From Botryllus schlosseri (taxonomy: Eukaryota), in assembly GCA_051294905.1 (NCBI GenBank), contig CM119372.1:21702001-21766000 (forward strand): DNA of 64,000 bases. Reading direction: 5' to 3'. Positions within the stretch are counted from its first letter, which is position 1. Each line of letters starts with the position of its first letter. Positions 26,060-39,595 of the stretch are shown piece by piece. The position numbers and the translations under genes are program-made. The notes beneath the pieces are model-generated. The model made no database searches, was not told the DNA's origin, and was given only the letters and a program-made list of their open reading frames with translations.

Positions 26060-26341
26060 TCTTGTTGTTGTTTGTTATTCATGGTGTTTCGACAGCATTG
26101 GTCATTCTACACCAGGCTGATTTTCTTCATTATGATTCCGCTTTTACCGACTTGTAGCACGTACGGCACATTTCTAGGCTTTTATAAGATACCGCTTGTG
26201 CGGTTTACGTGGCGAGGAAGAGTCCCGATAAACCTCCAACACTTTGGTAGGATTCTGGAGTCGATCTCGGTCGGACTCGAACCCGCAACCCATAAGTGTC
26301 GTGGCAGTGAAACGAAACATTATACATCATCTCGTAATCGT
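26060..26341 (-). mobile_element. tRNA-derived SINE
   Basis: B box GGTTCGAGTCC on the minus strand, (CAA)n tail, 12-bp TSD TTACGACGATGT. A truncated second copy follows at ~26413-26612. Confidence 0.9.
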
Positions 26342-27131
26342 TTACGACGATGTCTGTCCGCGCGAACAGTGCTACTGGTAAGCAGACGCAATCATTTAAT
26401 TGTACCGATGCTTTTGTTGTTGTTGTTGTTGTTGTTTGTGGTATTCATGGTGTTTTCCGGCTACAAGGGTCCTTTACATAAGGCCGGTATGCTTTGCGAT
26501 GATTCCGTAGGGGCCAACTTGTAGCACGTCCCCACTTCCGGATATTTTAATACGCCGCTCACGCGGATCGGATGGATAGGAGAAGACAAAACAAGATAAA
26601 CATCTAACACTAGTTAAGCGGGCAACAAGTTTATTATAAGCACCACTTGAGCGAACTGCTCAAAGCACAATCAAACGGCTTTATATATAAAGCGACATTA
26701 AAATAAGAGAAAGCACTGTACGCTTCGATGATGGTGGTGCCGCATGGTGTCGCCACTAGAGAAGGAAGTAGTCGACTTCTAAGTTCTAGCCCGCATTCTA
26801 TTGGTGCTGCAGCTGTGGCTCATAAATACGTATACGCTGTCTCGCCAGATTCCTATGCACTGAGTGGCGAGAATACAACGTTTAAACTGTACAGACTGCT
26901 GACAATAACGAAACAATTCCCATCACTTTGAAATTCGACTAGCTCCGAGTGTACGATTTTGTATATGATTTCCGGATCAAAGTGGCATGTCATAAGAGTA
27001 AAACTTTTATTGCAATGTAAACGTAGTGCAAATATAAATATTCCTTAGAGGGGCTGGGCCGCGATGGTGGCATTCAGGGATTTGCTTGAAAAGAAAACAT
27101 TGAATCGGCGTAACCACAATTTCTCACGCAA

Positions 27132-27924
27132 TCAAGGAACTACGCATGTGCAGCCCACAGGAATTCTCTCGGTGGTAAGTTTACATGTACTCGTCGTACA
27201 TTGCGAAAAATGATGGATGGAGCCTCTTGGCCACTTCAGCACGGTCACGGATGCATATATTTCAGTGCTCTTCAGACTTGGCGTCGATTGCCCCGAACTC
27301 GCATCGAGACAATTCCGGCAAAGGCATTTGGCGATGGGGAGATGACGTGGATACCTGGATAAATAAGGTCGTGGGCATTGTGTCGATTTCAGGGATGATC
27401 ACTATGACAGTAAATGTAATATATATCGTTACAATGGTAGTACGTTTTAGGTTTGAATCAAAGTGAAATTTGAATTAGATTTGTCTTTGATAGTTGATAT
27501 CTTTATCAGCAAAGTAATGCTGTGCAATGCTTCGAATAATTATTCATTCTGTAACTAGGTGTAGATACGGTAATTACACATCTTACCTATTACGTCGTGT
27601 CTGTAAGCATGTTGCCCATGGGGATATGCTTCTTTTACTTTCTTCTGTAACGGTGTTAGGAATATCTTGAAATGTTGGGCATTCGACATGACAAGACCGA
27701 CGCGACCCAACACTTCTTTTATGTCTCATCGCTGACGTCACTAATGGTTGGTCAGTAATTCTCAAGCAAGACTCCCGCAGTTGTGTGTCATTGAGCATAT
27801 CACAGTCTGACGAGTTGTTATTTACGGCAATGTCTGCAGTTATGCGTCTTGCATTCGCCTCGTTCGTCAATGATGAAATTAAAATCGCCAGGGTCAAAAT
27901 TGACTGATTGAATGAATATTTCAT
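27132..27924 (-). CDS. IL17: Interleukin-17 family cytokine, copy A (186 aa, 2 coding exons)
   Basis: Exons 27924-27587 and 27354-27132, phase-2 intron gtaaga..atccag. Signal peptide, RSISPW, NR|YPRHLPIAKCLCRNC and ERIPVGCTCVVP* are IL-17 cystine-knot hallmarks. AATAAA at 27011-27006. Confidence 0.93.
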
Positions 27925-27994
27925 TTCGAAAAATATTGGTTCGGATTTCACGGAATGAATCTATGTAATATATCTTCGGATCACCGTAACCGTA

Positions 27995-28030
27995 TACTGA
28001 GAGTCCGTGCTGTGATTTGCCACTTAAATA
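27995..28030 (-). promoter_or_regulatory. Core promoter of IL-17 copy A (TATA-like plus initiator)
   Basis: TATTTAAG at 28030-28023 with TCAGTA 30 nt downstream. Equivalent TATATAAG at 47098-47091 and 62388-62381. Confidence 0.7.
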
Positions 28031-28206
28031 GTACATACATCCCTACCAGTTGCGTTTCCCACGCTTCGCCAATATCCCTACAATTTTATTCATATCAAAA
28101 GTAATGGGAAAGTATATTATATTATTTTGAGATAACCGTCCCAAATATAGTAATACCTGGCTATAGGTCTATGTTTGACGTAGGTGATTATGAGGTTCAC
28201 GTGATA

Positions 28207-30090
28207 TCATGTTGGTATGCAACTATATGGCGAGCCAATATACAGATGCGATAGATATATACACATCCTTGGTAAACACGCTCTATAACATCTTATGAAC
28301 TCCTCCTGTTTAATTAACTGGAATAGCAAACAGTTTTTATCGGGATTAAGTTGTTCCACACGTCGTTTGATATCGCTCAAATTCACACATCCTCGCCATT
28401 TCGCCCCTGTCATAAAATCGTTTACCAATGCACACAAAATATGTTGTTACTTTGTAGTGCCGTTTTCGTCGTTTAAATCAAATACAGCCTCTTTGTTCAT
28501 CCCTCCCCCACATCTGTAAATCACGCTATCGAATGATCGCAAGAAATCCGTCGATATCCCGTTCCCCCTGACAGGCCTATCGCAACAAAGGATGACCCAC
28601 TCTGCTTTGCCGGCATTTTCACATAGTATATCCATCAGAATTCTGCTAATCCGCCATAACGATCGACGTTACGTGCTGTTCCAGATAAATATTTCATTGT
28701 TCTACTTGAGTAGCATTGAGCATTGGCGAAGTTCAACTTCGATGGATAACTGAATAGCTCGGAATATTCATTGCGATGCTTCAACCCACACAACTTCATA
28801 ATTCAAATACTAGATGACAGCACATGTGCGTTTATGTGCACGAGATACGGCGATACGTGATACGATATGGTAATTGAATATAATATCCGATGGTACGAGC
28901 GAATGTAGAGTTTTTATGAATACTTCTTTGACGGATCAGTTAGCGCCCAGCTATGAAGCGATGAAGTCATATCTTACATTCACTGAAATCATGGTGTCTG
29001 GGAAAAATGGATATATATATAGGCTATATACATTTATTTCTCAAATGAGAATATTTAGATATTCAATAGCGACTATACCCATAGGGTGGTTCAGTTCCAG
29101 GTCGCATGTGAAATTATTTCTCAGTCACCTTTTGTAAAGAAATTGAGCAACCTGTTCCTATGTACCCGTCACTCAAATTGACTACAGTGTGACGCTAGCA
29201 GAATGTCAAGACTGCCTCGCATGAGATGGGTATCGAATGATATACGTATCGCTTTATAGCTTATGGATTGGGTCAATTAGAGGCTGGTAGTTACTTGCAG
29301 TAGGCACCATATTTATTGCAATTTAGTGTATTTGTATCGTCTTAGCGGCACATCAAAGTCATCTGCAATGAATAACAAATAGACTGCTAAATATCTTTTC
29401 GATAAAATCTCAAGAGGGTCCCATTTCTATAGAACAGGAAAGCAAACGTGTAGCTAATTCGCAAATGAGATCACTGCAGTAATAGGTACAGATTAGTTGC
29501 CGAAGTACGTATCAACGAAATGGCGAAACTGCGTTTCAAATTTTTTATCCCTATGTTCATTAGTACGAAGCACCGATCACTCAGTTACATTTATGATACC
29601 GTGGGTTCAACGATATTTATAACTTTAAAAAAAGCATCTCCGAAAATTAATTCGATCGGAAATATTTGCAATGGATCGCAAGGAAAGTACAGCGTAGCGC
29701 GAACATAGGTGTTACCGGGATGAAAATTTGGGAGAAGCGTATTAAAATTAGGGCTGGTGACAAACATTTATCTCTGACGCCACCATATTCAAGTTGAAGG
29801 TGGGATGAATGGCGCTTTTTTCTCCCTGGTACGCGACTGAGCATGAATGCAGTATTAATCATCATCATATGAAGTTTTCGCTGGATATAAGATGCATCTG
29901 CAAATGATGAATTTTGCGCTGGAAAATGAGAGGAGTTGTACGTCAAAATGCAACGATGCTAACCACGACTAGCTGCTGTTGCTCTCAATATGATTCCGTT
30001 TTCGTCCACTTATCTGTGTGGCTTCGGCAGCTGCAGTAGACTCGATGATCAGCAGATCGCTTCGCTGCAGCTTCATCTCTTGATTAACAA
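28207..30090 (-). pseudogene. IL-17 receptor-like (FNIII-TM-SEFIR) pseudogene R1, directly upstream of IL-17 copy A
   Basis: 29725 FHPGNTYVRATLYFP; 29248 YVYHSIPISCEAVLTFC*RHTVVNL (compare IL17RA CLRHSATV). One frame 28800->28207 reads YEVVWVEAS...KAEWVILCCDRP...STDFLRSFDSVI...CVNLSDIKRRVEQLNPDKNCLLFQL with stops. The 5' limit is uncertain and may reach ~32 kb. Confidence 0.65.
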
Positions 30091-30524
30091 ACATATACAT
30101 TATATGTGACTGTGTATAGTCTTATACCTCTACATTTGGACTATAGGCTCATTTGTTTTTGAAAATCATACCAAGACCAACTTTTTTTATATGTCTGTAT
30201 GTATCTGAAGTTTTTGCTATTTTTGTTGTTTGTTTTTGCGATTATGAATAATTTTTTCTCTCTCTCTCTCTCTTTCTCTCTCTCTTCGTTGTCTACCATC
30301 AGTAAAGCACGAAATCGGCATGACGTTTGATCTTACATGCGCAGAACATTTTCACCGATGGACCAAATATTGAAGGACAGATAGCCAGGACCGAAACAGC
30401 ACTTCGTCAGCCCTACCGCCAAAAACGTTGGTCTTGGTCCCTCCATAGGGTGATAAACCATACTTCTGGGCCGGATATGGGAAAATGAAGCACCTGGCGG
30501 GCCGGATTACAGTATATATACACT

Positions 30525-30763
30525 AATCGCTTACTACTATGGTCATTTACACCAGGCCAATTTCTTCATTTGTATTCCGTAACTTCCGACTTGTAGCACG
30601 GCCCACTTCTAGGCTTTTATAAGACACCGCTTACGCGGATGAGGTGCCTATATAAACCTCCAACACTCAGGTAGGAAATACTGAAGTCGACCTCGGTCGG
30701 ACTCGAACCCGCACCCATTGGTGTTGCAGCCGCGGATTATACCACTGCGCTATCACGCCACTC
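30525..30763 (-). mobile_element. tRNA-derived SINE
   Basis: A box TAGCGCAGTGG, B box GGTTCGAGTCC, body shared with the 26060 and 49988 copies. Confidence 0.9.
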
Positions 30764-32319
30764 ATTGAGGGGTTTGGGGTGCGGCAGTTATCCTCCTGCA
30801 CATAGCCCGTTAACAACGGCAACCACTGTCTTATTAACTTGACCGAACAGACGTATTTCGCTAATTTCGTTCTGTTTTAATCATTTATATTTTACTATAT
30901 TCCTCAGCTTCGTTGGGTGCGAATTTAGTAACCAGTTTAGGAAAAGGGTAGATAAAGAAAAGAGGTTGTTAAAATCCACAGACATGCACAAAATCCAAAC
31001 ATATGGACTATGTGACGCGGGGTATCACACTGCCGATTGTGAATTTATCCGATACAAAACCGACTACACCTAACATTACGCCCATGGTCTCGAACGCTAG
31101 CTGACTGGCAATTTATTGATGTTATTTTGTAGCCATCAGATTCAAATGACACGACTCCTAGTCTAGTATAAAAGGCTTCGAGTCAAGTCGAATATTCGAG
31201 ATTCACACTTTATTACATCATAACAGTCTTGATGATATTGATAATATGCAACCTCGAATGCGACCACAAAGAAAATGATGCCATATCTACGCAGCGTGAA
31301 GATAATTTGGAACCTTCGACCATACCTATTTTATTGCATTTTTCGAAGATGATACGGGTAGATAGCGATTTCACAAGCATGTCATTTCCACTAACTTGCG
31401 TTGGACTACAAGCCTTGGACGATGTGATAAACGACCAATCCGACTTTCACGATTTACATGCCGGGAAAAAGTATCCAATGGCATAACATTTCAATATTCG
31501 AAAACAAAGAGCTCATCAATTCCCGACTAGAACCATTACCATTAATCCTCGATTTGGATTCGATTTCGAGTTCAACTTATTGTGCCCAGCCCTAATTAAA
31601 CTGTTTGAATCGCTTTAGTGTACCATAGCTCTTGATATGAGGCATTCACAAAGTCTCCGAGCTGTAGTAAATGCGTCGCTACAATTCGATGAATTCCTTC
31701 TAATGATGAGCCGTTATTCGACCACACATTCTGCTCGATTTATTTTCGTCTCTATGTAAATTTCCAAAGCATTTTGAAATCATTCATATCGTATAGCTAT
31801 CATGTGCCTTTAAATTGCCTACGTCGCGATTGCTGTGTGCCCGTAATATTGAAAAGTGGGAGTTCTGTGAGCAAGAGAGTTTCGGGATCACTACAGGTAG
31901 GCGGTGTTTAAATATAGCCAACAGCGTAGCAGTAGTTAAGATATTATCGAATCGTGTTTGTTCTGTATTTGTATTTTGGGAGTCAGCAAACAGTACATTA
32001 ACACTTATGGTTTCGTTTAATATATTTAGCCGATCAGCCTTGTAGGCTTAGTACACATTCCCACATTCTTGTGTAGCCTGCACAACACAGCGTAAGCCAA
32101 CATTGTGGTGGTGTTTGCTAATAAATATTAAGACTCAGTCCATGTACGTGAATAGAACATGAACACTCTCAACGACTCTCAAAACGATAATTACTTCATT
32201 ATATTCGGCATTTCCTTATTAGCATGACATGACAAAGTTTACTTCTTATTTGGCGTTCCCCGAGGACAATGGTGTGAGCTGTTAGGTTTCTTTGCATTAT
32301 TTCGACTATATACATCTTT

Positions 32320-33300
32320 TCTACAGAAACGTCTGTCTTCAGGAAACCGACATTCACAGGCCAATACCTTCGCTGGAATTCATTTAGTCCTCGACGCAGA
32401 AAAATTAACCTCATAGGCACCCTCGTGCATAGAGCGTTGATGATATGTTCGGGTAACAAACTGAGTTTAGAACTTGACAACATCCGAAAAATCTTACTTG
32501 ATAACTGTTACCCTGAACACGTCATCAGCTGCGGCATAGAGAGGAAATCAACGCAATTCAACGCGAAAAAACCAACAGAGCCCACCGAACGAACAATAAA
32601 AGATGTTTATATCCATCTACCTTGGATTGGCCCCATTTCCACCCGCTTTGAAAAACAATTGATTTCTGCGGTCAGTAAGTGTTACGACACAGTCAAAACC
32701 AATGTGATTTTTACAACAACACAACTGCTCCCTTCAACAGGCAAAGACGTTCTCCCTGCACTTCAACAAAGTAATGTAGTGTACGAATATAAGTGCCACT
32801 GTGATTGTGGATACGTGGGAAGAACGTCAAAACGTCTACAGGAACGCATAAACCAACATGTCCCCAGATTCATCAGATTCAGAACACGTGCATCGCGCTC
32901 AGTGAAAAGCTCACCCTTAACTCACCCGCTTAAGACTGATGCTGATCGATCAAAGGCCATTAATTCTGCCATCGGCAAACATCTGTTAGATAATCCGATT
33001 TGTGCGAATAATTATCGAGACGACCGATTTCGAATCGTTGGACGAGGCTGTTCACAATTCCATTTGTGTGCCTTGTAGTCGACTTTTATCAAAATACACC
33101 AACCAAAACTCTGTCAACAAAAGGAGTTCGCGTACCACCTAAAAATAGTACATTGAACGCTCTCTCATTCACGAAATTTCATGCTGGTGACGTCATATTT
33201 TGTGATACGATTGTTGATATACAATGTTCTTTCCAATTCTCTACTAGTTGCCGACGATTACCCCTGACGAGTGTCAGCCGAAAATATTCGGGTTCATTTC
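32320..33300 (+). mobile_element. 5'-truncated Penelope-like retroelement (RT C-terminus plus GIY-YIG endonuclease)
   Basis: TSVFRKPTFTGQYLRWNSFSP...VVYEYKCHCDCGYVGRTSKRLQERINQH...SAIGKHL...CAL*STFIKIHQPKLCQQKEF. Premature TAG at 33076-33078; natural stop at 33154-33156. Confidence 0.92.
33260..33293 (+). ncRNA. Minimal type-I hammerhead ribozyme in the Penelope 3' region
   Basis: ACCC-CTGACGA-G(tgtcagc)C-GAA-AATATT-C-GGGT: complete core, 4-bp stem I, palindromic stem III, UUC cleavage triplet. Confidence 0.75.
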
Positions 33301-35248
33301 AATATGAATATACTATTCAATTAGAATGGATTATACCCATTATCAGCCATAATACTGAAACGTTCGTACAGCCATCATATTACATGATTATAAAATAACT
33401 GATATTCAGCTCACGAAGCGTCTCATCGTGCCAGTAACACGAGCCGAACAGTTTTTACGACATTAATTTCTAAACCTATACATGGCGACGCCGTCACTGA
33501 TATATCTGTAGTGACGAGTCTTATCTTTTTGTCCAATGCATGCTATCATTTTATTGTTGTTATTTCATATGTAATAGGGTTCGGTTCGCATTTAATACAA
33601 AAATCAACTTGAAACACACATTGTCAAATCATGGCTCTTGTTCAATATATGTGTTTTATTTTTTCAGCCATGACGTCCCGAATACTTAAATGTGACGTAA
33701 CAGTGCATTGACATTAACAATTGAAAATATCGGGCAAATATCACTCCTTCGACTAAAAAGGCTTCCGACCACTGTCATAAACAGACCAAAAAATCTTTAA
33801 CCAGGACTACATCGTTATGCAGCATTTTTACGGTCGCCGGTCATCATCATCAGAACACCCAACACACTCATCCTGTACCTATGATCTATATTGGGTGACG
33901 ACGATCTCGAGGGTCTCAACTACTCCACATCGTATAGTCCACGATGCTCATACTCAGGGCCGTAACAGCACCTCGTCAGCCCCCCCCCCCAAAACTTTGG
34001 TCTTGGGCCCCCCATAGGGTTATAGACCGAACGTCGATACACTGTTTACCACTATTCACCATATTCATTGGAAGTTTCTTAAGTGAATCAGCTTTTGTCG
34101 CCAAAGCGCGCCAAGCGCGCAAAATTTCTAGAATTCATGATTTCATCGGTCAGTATGATCGGGAATTGCATACATTGTTATCAATTTTTATCTTCTCTCT
34201 GCTCACGTAATCAGATTTGCCGGTAGAGCTGAGTGCGTTGTGTTTGAAAAGGTAGGACCACTCAATAATAATTAAACATCTTCAGGCGTATACCCGTTGG
34301 CAGGAACGAAACAGCACCTCGTCAGGCCCCCCAAAACGTGGGTCTTGGCCTCCCATTGGGGGATAAAACGACCCCCACCCCATCACGTTGTTCGCGTTTG
34401 TCACGAAATTAATTACCCGTACTGTATTCTGAGCCAGCGCGAAGCGCGAAAATTTTCGATCATTTATGATAAAATCGGTCAATCAGATAGGCGATTGCAT
34501 ATATAATATGCTATCAATTTATTGTCCTCTCTACTCACGTAATTAGATGTACCGATAGAGCTGAGTGAAGTGTCTTGAAAACGAGAAGGCTCGTAAATAA
34601 TAACATCTTCGGGCGGGCGGAACCGTTGATATGACTTCGTTACATGATGTTATTTCGTGACTTCCAGTCTGCTATATCAAAAAATATAGAAACGCCCAAA
34701 CGTAGGCTTCTAAACTAAGAGACTCACACGATTTTCAAATTGGTATTTCTTCACTGGCATAAAATTTTTCCCAGCGGGATGGTATTTGTCTTGTGAGGTT
34801 CGGATTGCAAAGACAGGAACATTCGGCGCCAGTCATTTAGGCGCCTATTGACAATTAAACCTATATGTACTTTGTATATATAGCGAAGTCTTTGGTCTGC
34901 ATAAGGGCATAGACCTTTTCGGCCAAGCTTTTCTCGCTGCCTATCGTTCTGGCACACTTCTTGGAGTCGCATGTTATATGGCCTAAAACTTGATTGTATG
35001 TCTTGGTGGGTCGTGGCGCGGTAATGGCCCAATACCCAATAATAAAGATAAACGGCTACTTGAATTCGCGCCCGGCGCGAAAAAAATTGAAAATATTGCT
35101 TAAATCAGTGGTTCCCAAACTTTTGCGGTGTGAGGGCCAAATTTAGAATTTCAGAGTACGGTCGGGGCCGCACGAATACTATCCAAACAGTCATCATGGC
35201 TATTTCGGAGTAGTTTTATTGCCCTGGCGAGATTTCAAAACTGTACAC

Positions 35249-36844
35249 CAGAGTTGGATCAATTGTAATTTGTAATTGAGCTGAATGTAATTTATTACAT
35301 TTTTTCATGTAATTGTAATTGTAATTAAAGCATTTCTATTTTGTGTAATTGTAATTGTAACTTGATCAAAATTTTGCTCAATTACAATCTCAATTACATT
35401 TTCTTGGAAACCTGACAATCACAACATAAAATAATCATTTTATCAATCATTTATTCGTCGCACCAGTGAAAATCCGGTACGAACCAGGATGACGACGAGG
35501 GGCCTTAAGTCCTTAGTAAACAGTCACCACATGTAATAATTAGCCTTTTTACATCGGTGTTCTATACGTGCTGCGTTATAACTAGATAATTCAGTCACGC
35601 TAAACTGTTTCCCATACTTCAGTAGCAACAGAAAACTTTGTGAATTATAATATAGGCTAAACCAGTGGTTCTCAAACTGGGGACGGCGTGAAAGCATCTG
35701 AACGGAGCGCGACGATCCAGTGAATTGAAATCTTTTCCGCGCTTGGCCCGATTAACCTCCGTTTTATGGTTAATACTCGGTGTATAGTCTGAATTTCGTA
35801 TTGGAGAATTCTCTCATCAACAGTCATAACCTTCCATAGCACCAAACTATATGTAAGGATTGCTAACTTTCTGGTTTCATTGTGTGCTATGACGATAAGG
35901 AGGGGGGGGGGGGATATTCACTGTCATAAAGGGGAGCGTGTCTAAAAAAGTTAGAGAACCAGTGGGCTAAACTAAATCTTAATATTTCAAAAATGGATGA
36001 ACAGCAAATAAACTCTTCTGAAACCTGTGCTGAGCCACTTCTTACACCACGGTAATTTTTTTTTTAAATCTCTGACCAGTACCGAGGCTTGTTGCAACAA
36101 TAGCAAAAAAATGAAAGTTTCCAACCAAGGCTTCATCAAACTTGATCACGCATTTGTAGGGATGTTATCCCAATCTTACCTCCAATCGTGGCCAAATTTA
36201 CTGGGGCCAGAAACTTTTCGCACCCTAATGTTCATCAAACGCAATCTAACAGTTTCCGAGCAGGTGAAAATGTAAATGCAAACCAAAATATTGTAATTCT
36301 TATTTATCAGGAGGTTCTCTCCTTTTGCATTTATTTTAATTTTACGCACCTTATCGGTATCATCCTTATCGCTGACGCCTTCCCAATTACATTTCATTAT
36401 CATGACTCAGCTCTGAGGAGCCTAATCGTTTGATTACATTTCATTGACTGTCCTGTAACCTATTCGCTGTTAGTCGCTCAAACCTTTGGTTCTTAACAGT
36501 CGCTTGAAACATTTTTCTGTGCTTGTAGTTTTCAGTACTCATAATTAGGAATAGTTCGAATACGTTCGAGTTTTTTTAATTAGAGGGTATTCTACATATC
36601 AGGAATGAAACATGAATAGCTTGAGATTGTTGCTAATTACGTCGCTACGGTTGTCAAAGAACACCTCTTTACTGAATCAATTACCTGTTTAAAAGTAATT
36701 GTAATTGTAATTATAATTGTATTAATTACATATTTAACAGTAATTGTAATTGTAATTGTAATTTGATATTTTTAGCATTGAGTAATTGTAATTGTAATTG
36801 TAATTGTAATTGAAAATTAAAATATTGTAATTTTTCCAACTCTG
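35249..36844. mobile_element. hAT-type element with (GTAATT)n subterminal arrays
   Basis: TIR CAGAGTTGGA and perfect TSD CTGTACAC. Confidence 0.92.
35663..35964. mobile_element. hAT MITE (innermost layer)
   Basis: CAGTGGTTCTC-type TIR and perfect TSD GGCTAAAC. Confidence 0.92.
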
Positions 36845-39595
36845 CTGTACACTGTTTACCGCTACTTATCTGCTGCATTGGGTGTCCGTTGAGTGAATCA
36901 ACTTTTCTCGCGTAAACGAAATTTCTTTAGTTTCATGACTGAATCGGTCAATATGATCGGGAATTGCATGTATTGCTATCAATTTTCATCCTGTCTCTGT
37001 TCACGTAATCTGATTTACCGGTAGAGCTGAGTGAGGTGTGTTTGAAAAGGTATAGGCCCCCTCAATAGTAATTATACATCTCCGGGGGTATACCCGTTGG
37101 TAGGAACGTAATAGGACTTCGTCAGGACCCCGGGCTCCCATAGGGTGATAAACTGACCCCGCATCACGTTGTTCGCTTTTGCCGCGAAATTAAAGTTGTA
37201 CTGTTTAGTGAGACAGCGCGACGCGCGAATATTTCGATAATTCATGATAAAATCGGCGAATAAGATCGGGAATTGCATGATTGTCCTCTTTGCCCACGTG
37301 ATCAGATTTACCGGCGGAGCTGAGTGAGAGGTGTCTTTGAAATTACAGACCCCGTTAAATTAAACATCTTCGGGCGGGCGGACCCAAAGGGATGACTTCT
37401 TTACATGGAGTTATTTTGTGACCTCCATTCTCTATATCAAAAAATGTAGAATTGCCAAACCTACTAAACTGAAAGATCACACGATTTCAGATTGATATTT
37501 CTTCACTGGCATATAATTTTCTTTCCTGCTGGATGGTATTTGTCTTGTGAGGTTTAGATTGCCAAGACAAGAACATTCGGCGCCAGTCATTTAGGCGCCT
37601 ATAGGGACAATTAAACCTATCTTTATTTTGTATAATATAACGAAGTTTTTGGTATTTCGAAGTTTTTGGTCAGCATAAAAGCAGTCCTTTACGGCCAAGG
37701 CTTTCTCGCTACCGATCGTTCTGACACACTTCTTGGAGTCACATGTTACATGGCCTAAAAATTTATATGTCTTGGTGCGTTGTGGTGCGGTCATGGCCAA
37801 CGCTGATATGCCCATTTCTATAAATCTTGCGTATTCTTTCTTGGGGAAGAGTACGCAATCATAAAGATATGTGGCGAATTGAAATCGCGCACAGCACGAA
37901 AAATTGTTGAAAAAGTTGCATAAATTTTCAAAAAATACTCTATAATTTACGCTAATTCACGAAATAATTTTGGGCCCCCTCAATTGGGGGTTTTGGGGTG
38001 AGGCAGTTACGGCCCTGACTATAGGACTCCCAATAATGCTGCTTTTAGCCGGCTAAGCAGTATGCTTCTCGGCGTATTCAACCGTGAGTCACGTGTTGGA
38101 CATCTAGTTATCATAGGGTTACCATACGTCCTCTTCTAAGATGATTTGTCCTCTTTTTGATTTTTTTAAAGTGTCCTCGAAGGACGCCCAAATGTCTTCT
38201 TTTTTGAGATTTTGTCTTCTTTTTTGGGGATTTTGGTTACATATAGGGCCAAATTCTACTGATATACATTAAGTCAGCACTGTATAGGAACGCTACGGCG
38301 GCTATTTCGGGAGCTGGATCAGAAGGTTGACCTTTTTTCAGTCAGCCACCTATTAATGAGAAGGGAGTTGACCCTCTTTTTCTTTTTTAGTCAAGCGACC
38401 ACGAAGTGGGAAAAATTCACCATTTTTTCAGAATTTTTCTCCGGTTTTGAAAATTATCAATACCTATTTATATGTATAGCTACTGCTCGTTCAACTGAAG
38501 AGTTAGGACATATTGCGTTGAAACAGCAGTGACTTGGCATTGGCAGTCTATACTCACAACTTTCCTGCAATTCTATAATTAAAAACTACAGAGGCCAAGC
38601 CACAAGAGTATTTTATAAATATAAATTTTATTTTTTGTCATAAATCGATTTCATAATATATTTTGGGGGCCGCGCTTGGGAATCACTGGCTTAAATTTTC
38701 AAAAAATACTCTATGATTTATGCTAATTCACGAAATAATTTTGGGCCCCCCCCCCATCGAGCTCGCCCCCCCCCATAAATTGGAGGGTTTGGGGTGCGGC
38801 AGTCACGGTGCTACTACCTACTTTTCCGTCGGTATTTACACAATTATAGCATAGTTATTCAACATTTGATAAAAAAAAAACAATTTTATTTCTTCAAGGG
38901 TTTCTTAAAACACCGTGTAAAAACATATTTTAAACAAAGCGCTTTAAAACACCATTTGTTTTAAATGCAACCTTAAATATGGTCGCTCATCTTTTTTATT
39001 CGTTCCAAGCCAGAAATAGCTAGCTGGGTCGCAAAACTGATGACTCTATCGTAATTCAAATATTTTGACTTTGTTATCGACTCAAGTCCAAGTCCTATAG
39101 TTATAACAAGATGGATCAATTTTGAGTCATTGTCGTATTCGGCTGCCACGACTGATGTGTCCACTTCAAGTAATTTGTCATGATCTTACACAAGACTCAA
39201 ATTATGCTCCACATTACGTTATATATCTACCCTGTCTTGATTTGTAGCCTACTTGGTTATGATATTGACATTGGCACTATGCGGTAGCTGTGGCTAGAGT
39301 ATGGTGAAAACTTATTCGTGTACCATAGATTTGAATAGAAGCATCGTATCATTGAAATAATCTTTACTTGATTTTGGAGGGATTTGTATTGTTTCTAGTA
39401 ACCGCTCATCACGAAACGGATGGAAGAAATGGGTGTGATGACCAAACGCATAATTTTCTACTTTCATGTAGGAATACGTCTCGAGCTCGTGTCAAGTGAA
39501 TCATGTTCATCGACATTGTTTGTTGCTATGTTTAAAACATGTTTGAAACAACTTGTTTTAAAACACCATTTGTTTAAAATGCAACCCTACTTATA

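Larger units (their letters stand above)
35106..38688. mobile_element. hAT element (nested layer 2)
   Basis: CAGTGGTTCCCAA / TTGGGAATCACTG ends and perfect TSD GCTTAAAT. Confidence 0.9.
33955..38813. mobile_element. CAGGGCCGTAAC-ended ~1.3-kb non-autonomous element, expanded by nested insertions
   Basis: The body aligns with a second copy (36853-38017) and an inverted third copy (~56677-57874). It is interrupted at 35105 and resumes at 38697. Confidence 0.8.

Noticed and set aside
25955..26524. 189-aa ORF with hydrophobic stretches
   Set aside because: It spans two antisense SINEs and their (TTG)n tails.
29880..30000. TYNSSHFP..ICRC as another IL-17
   Set aside because: It needs several frameshifts, lacks CTC, and fits better as R1 ectodomain.
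36000..36450. Possible transposase relic in the GTAATT element
   Set aside because: No convincing motif by eye.
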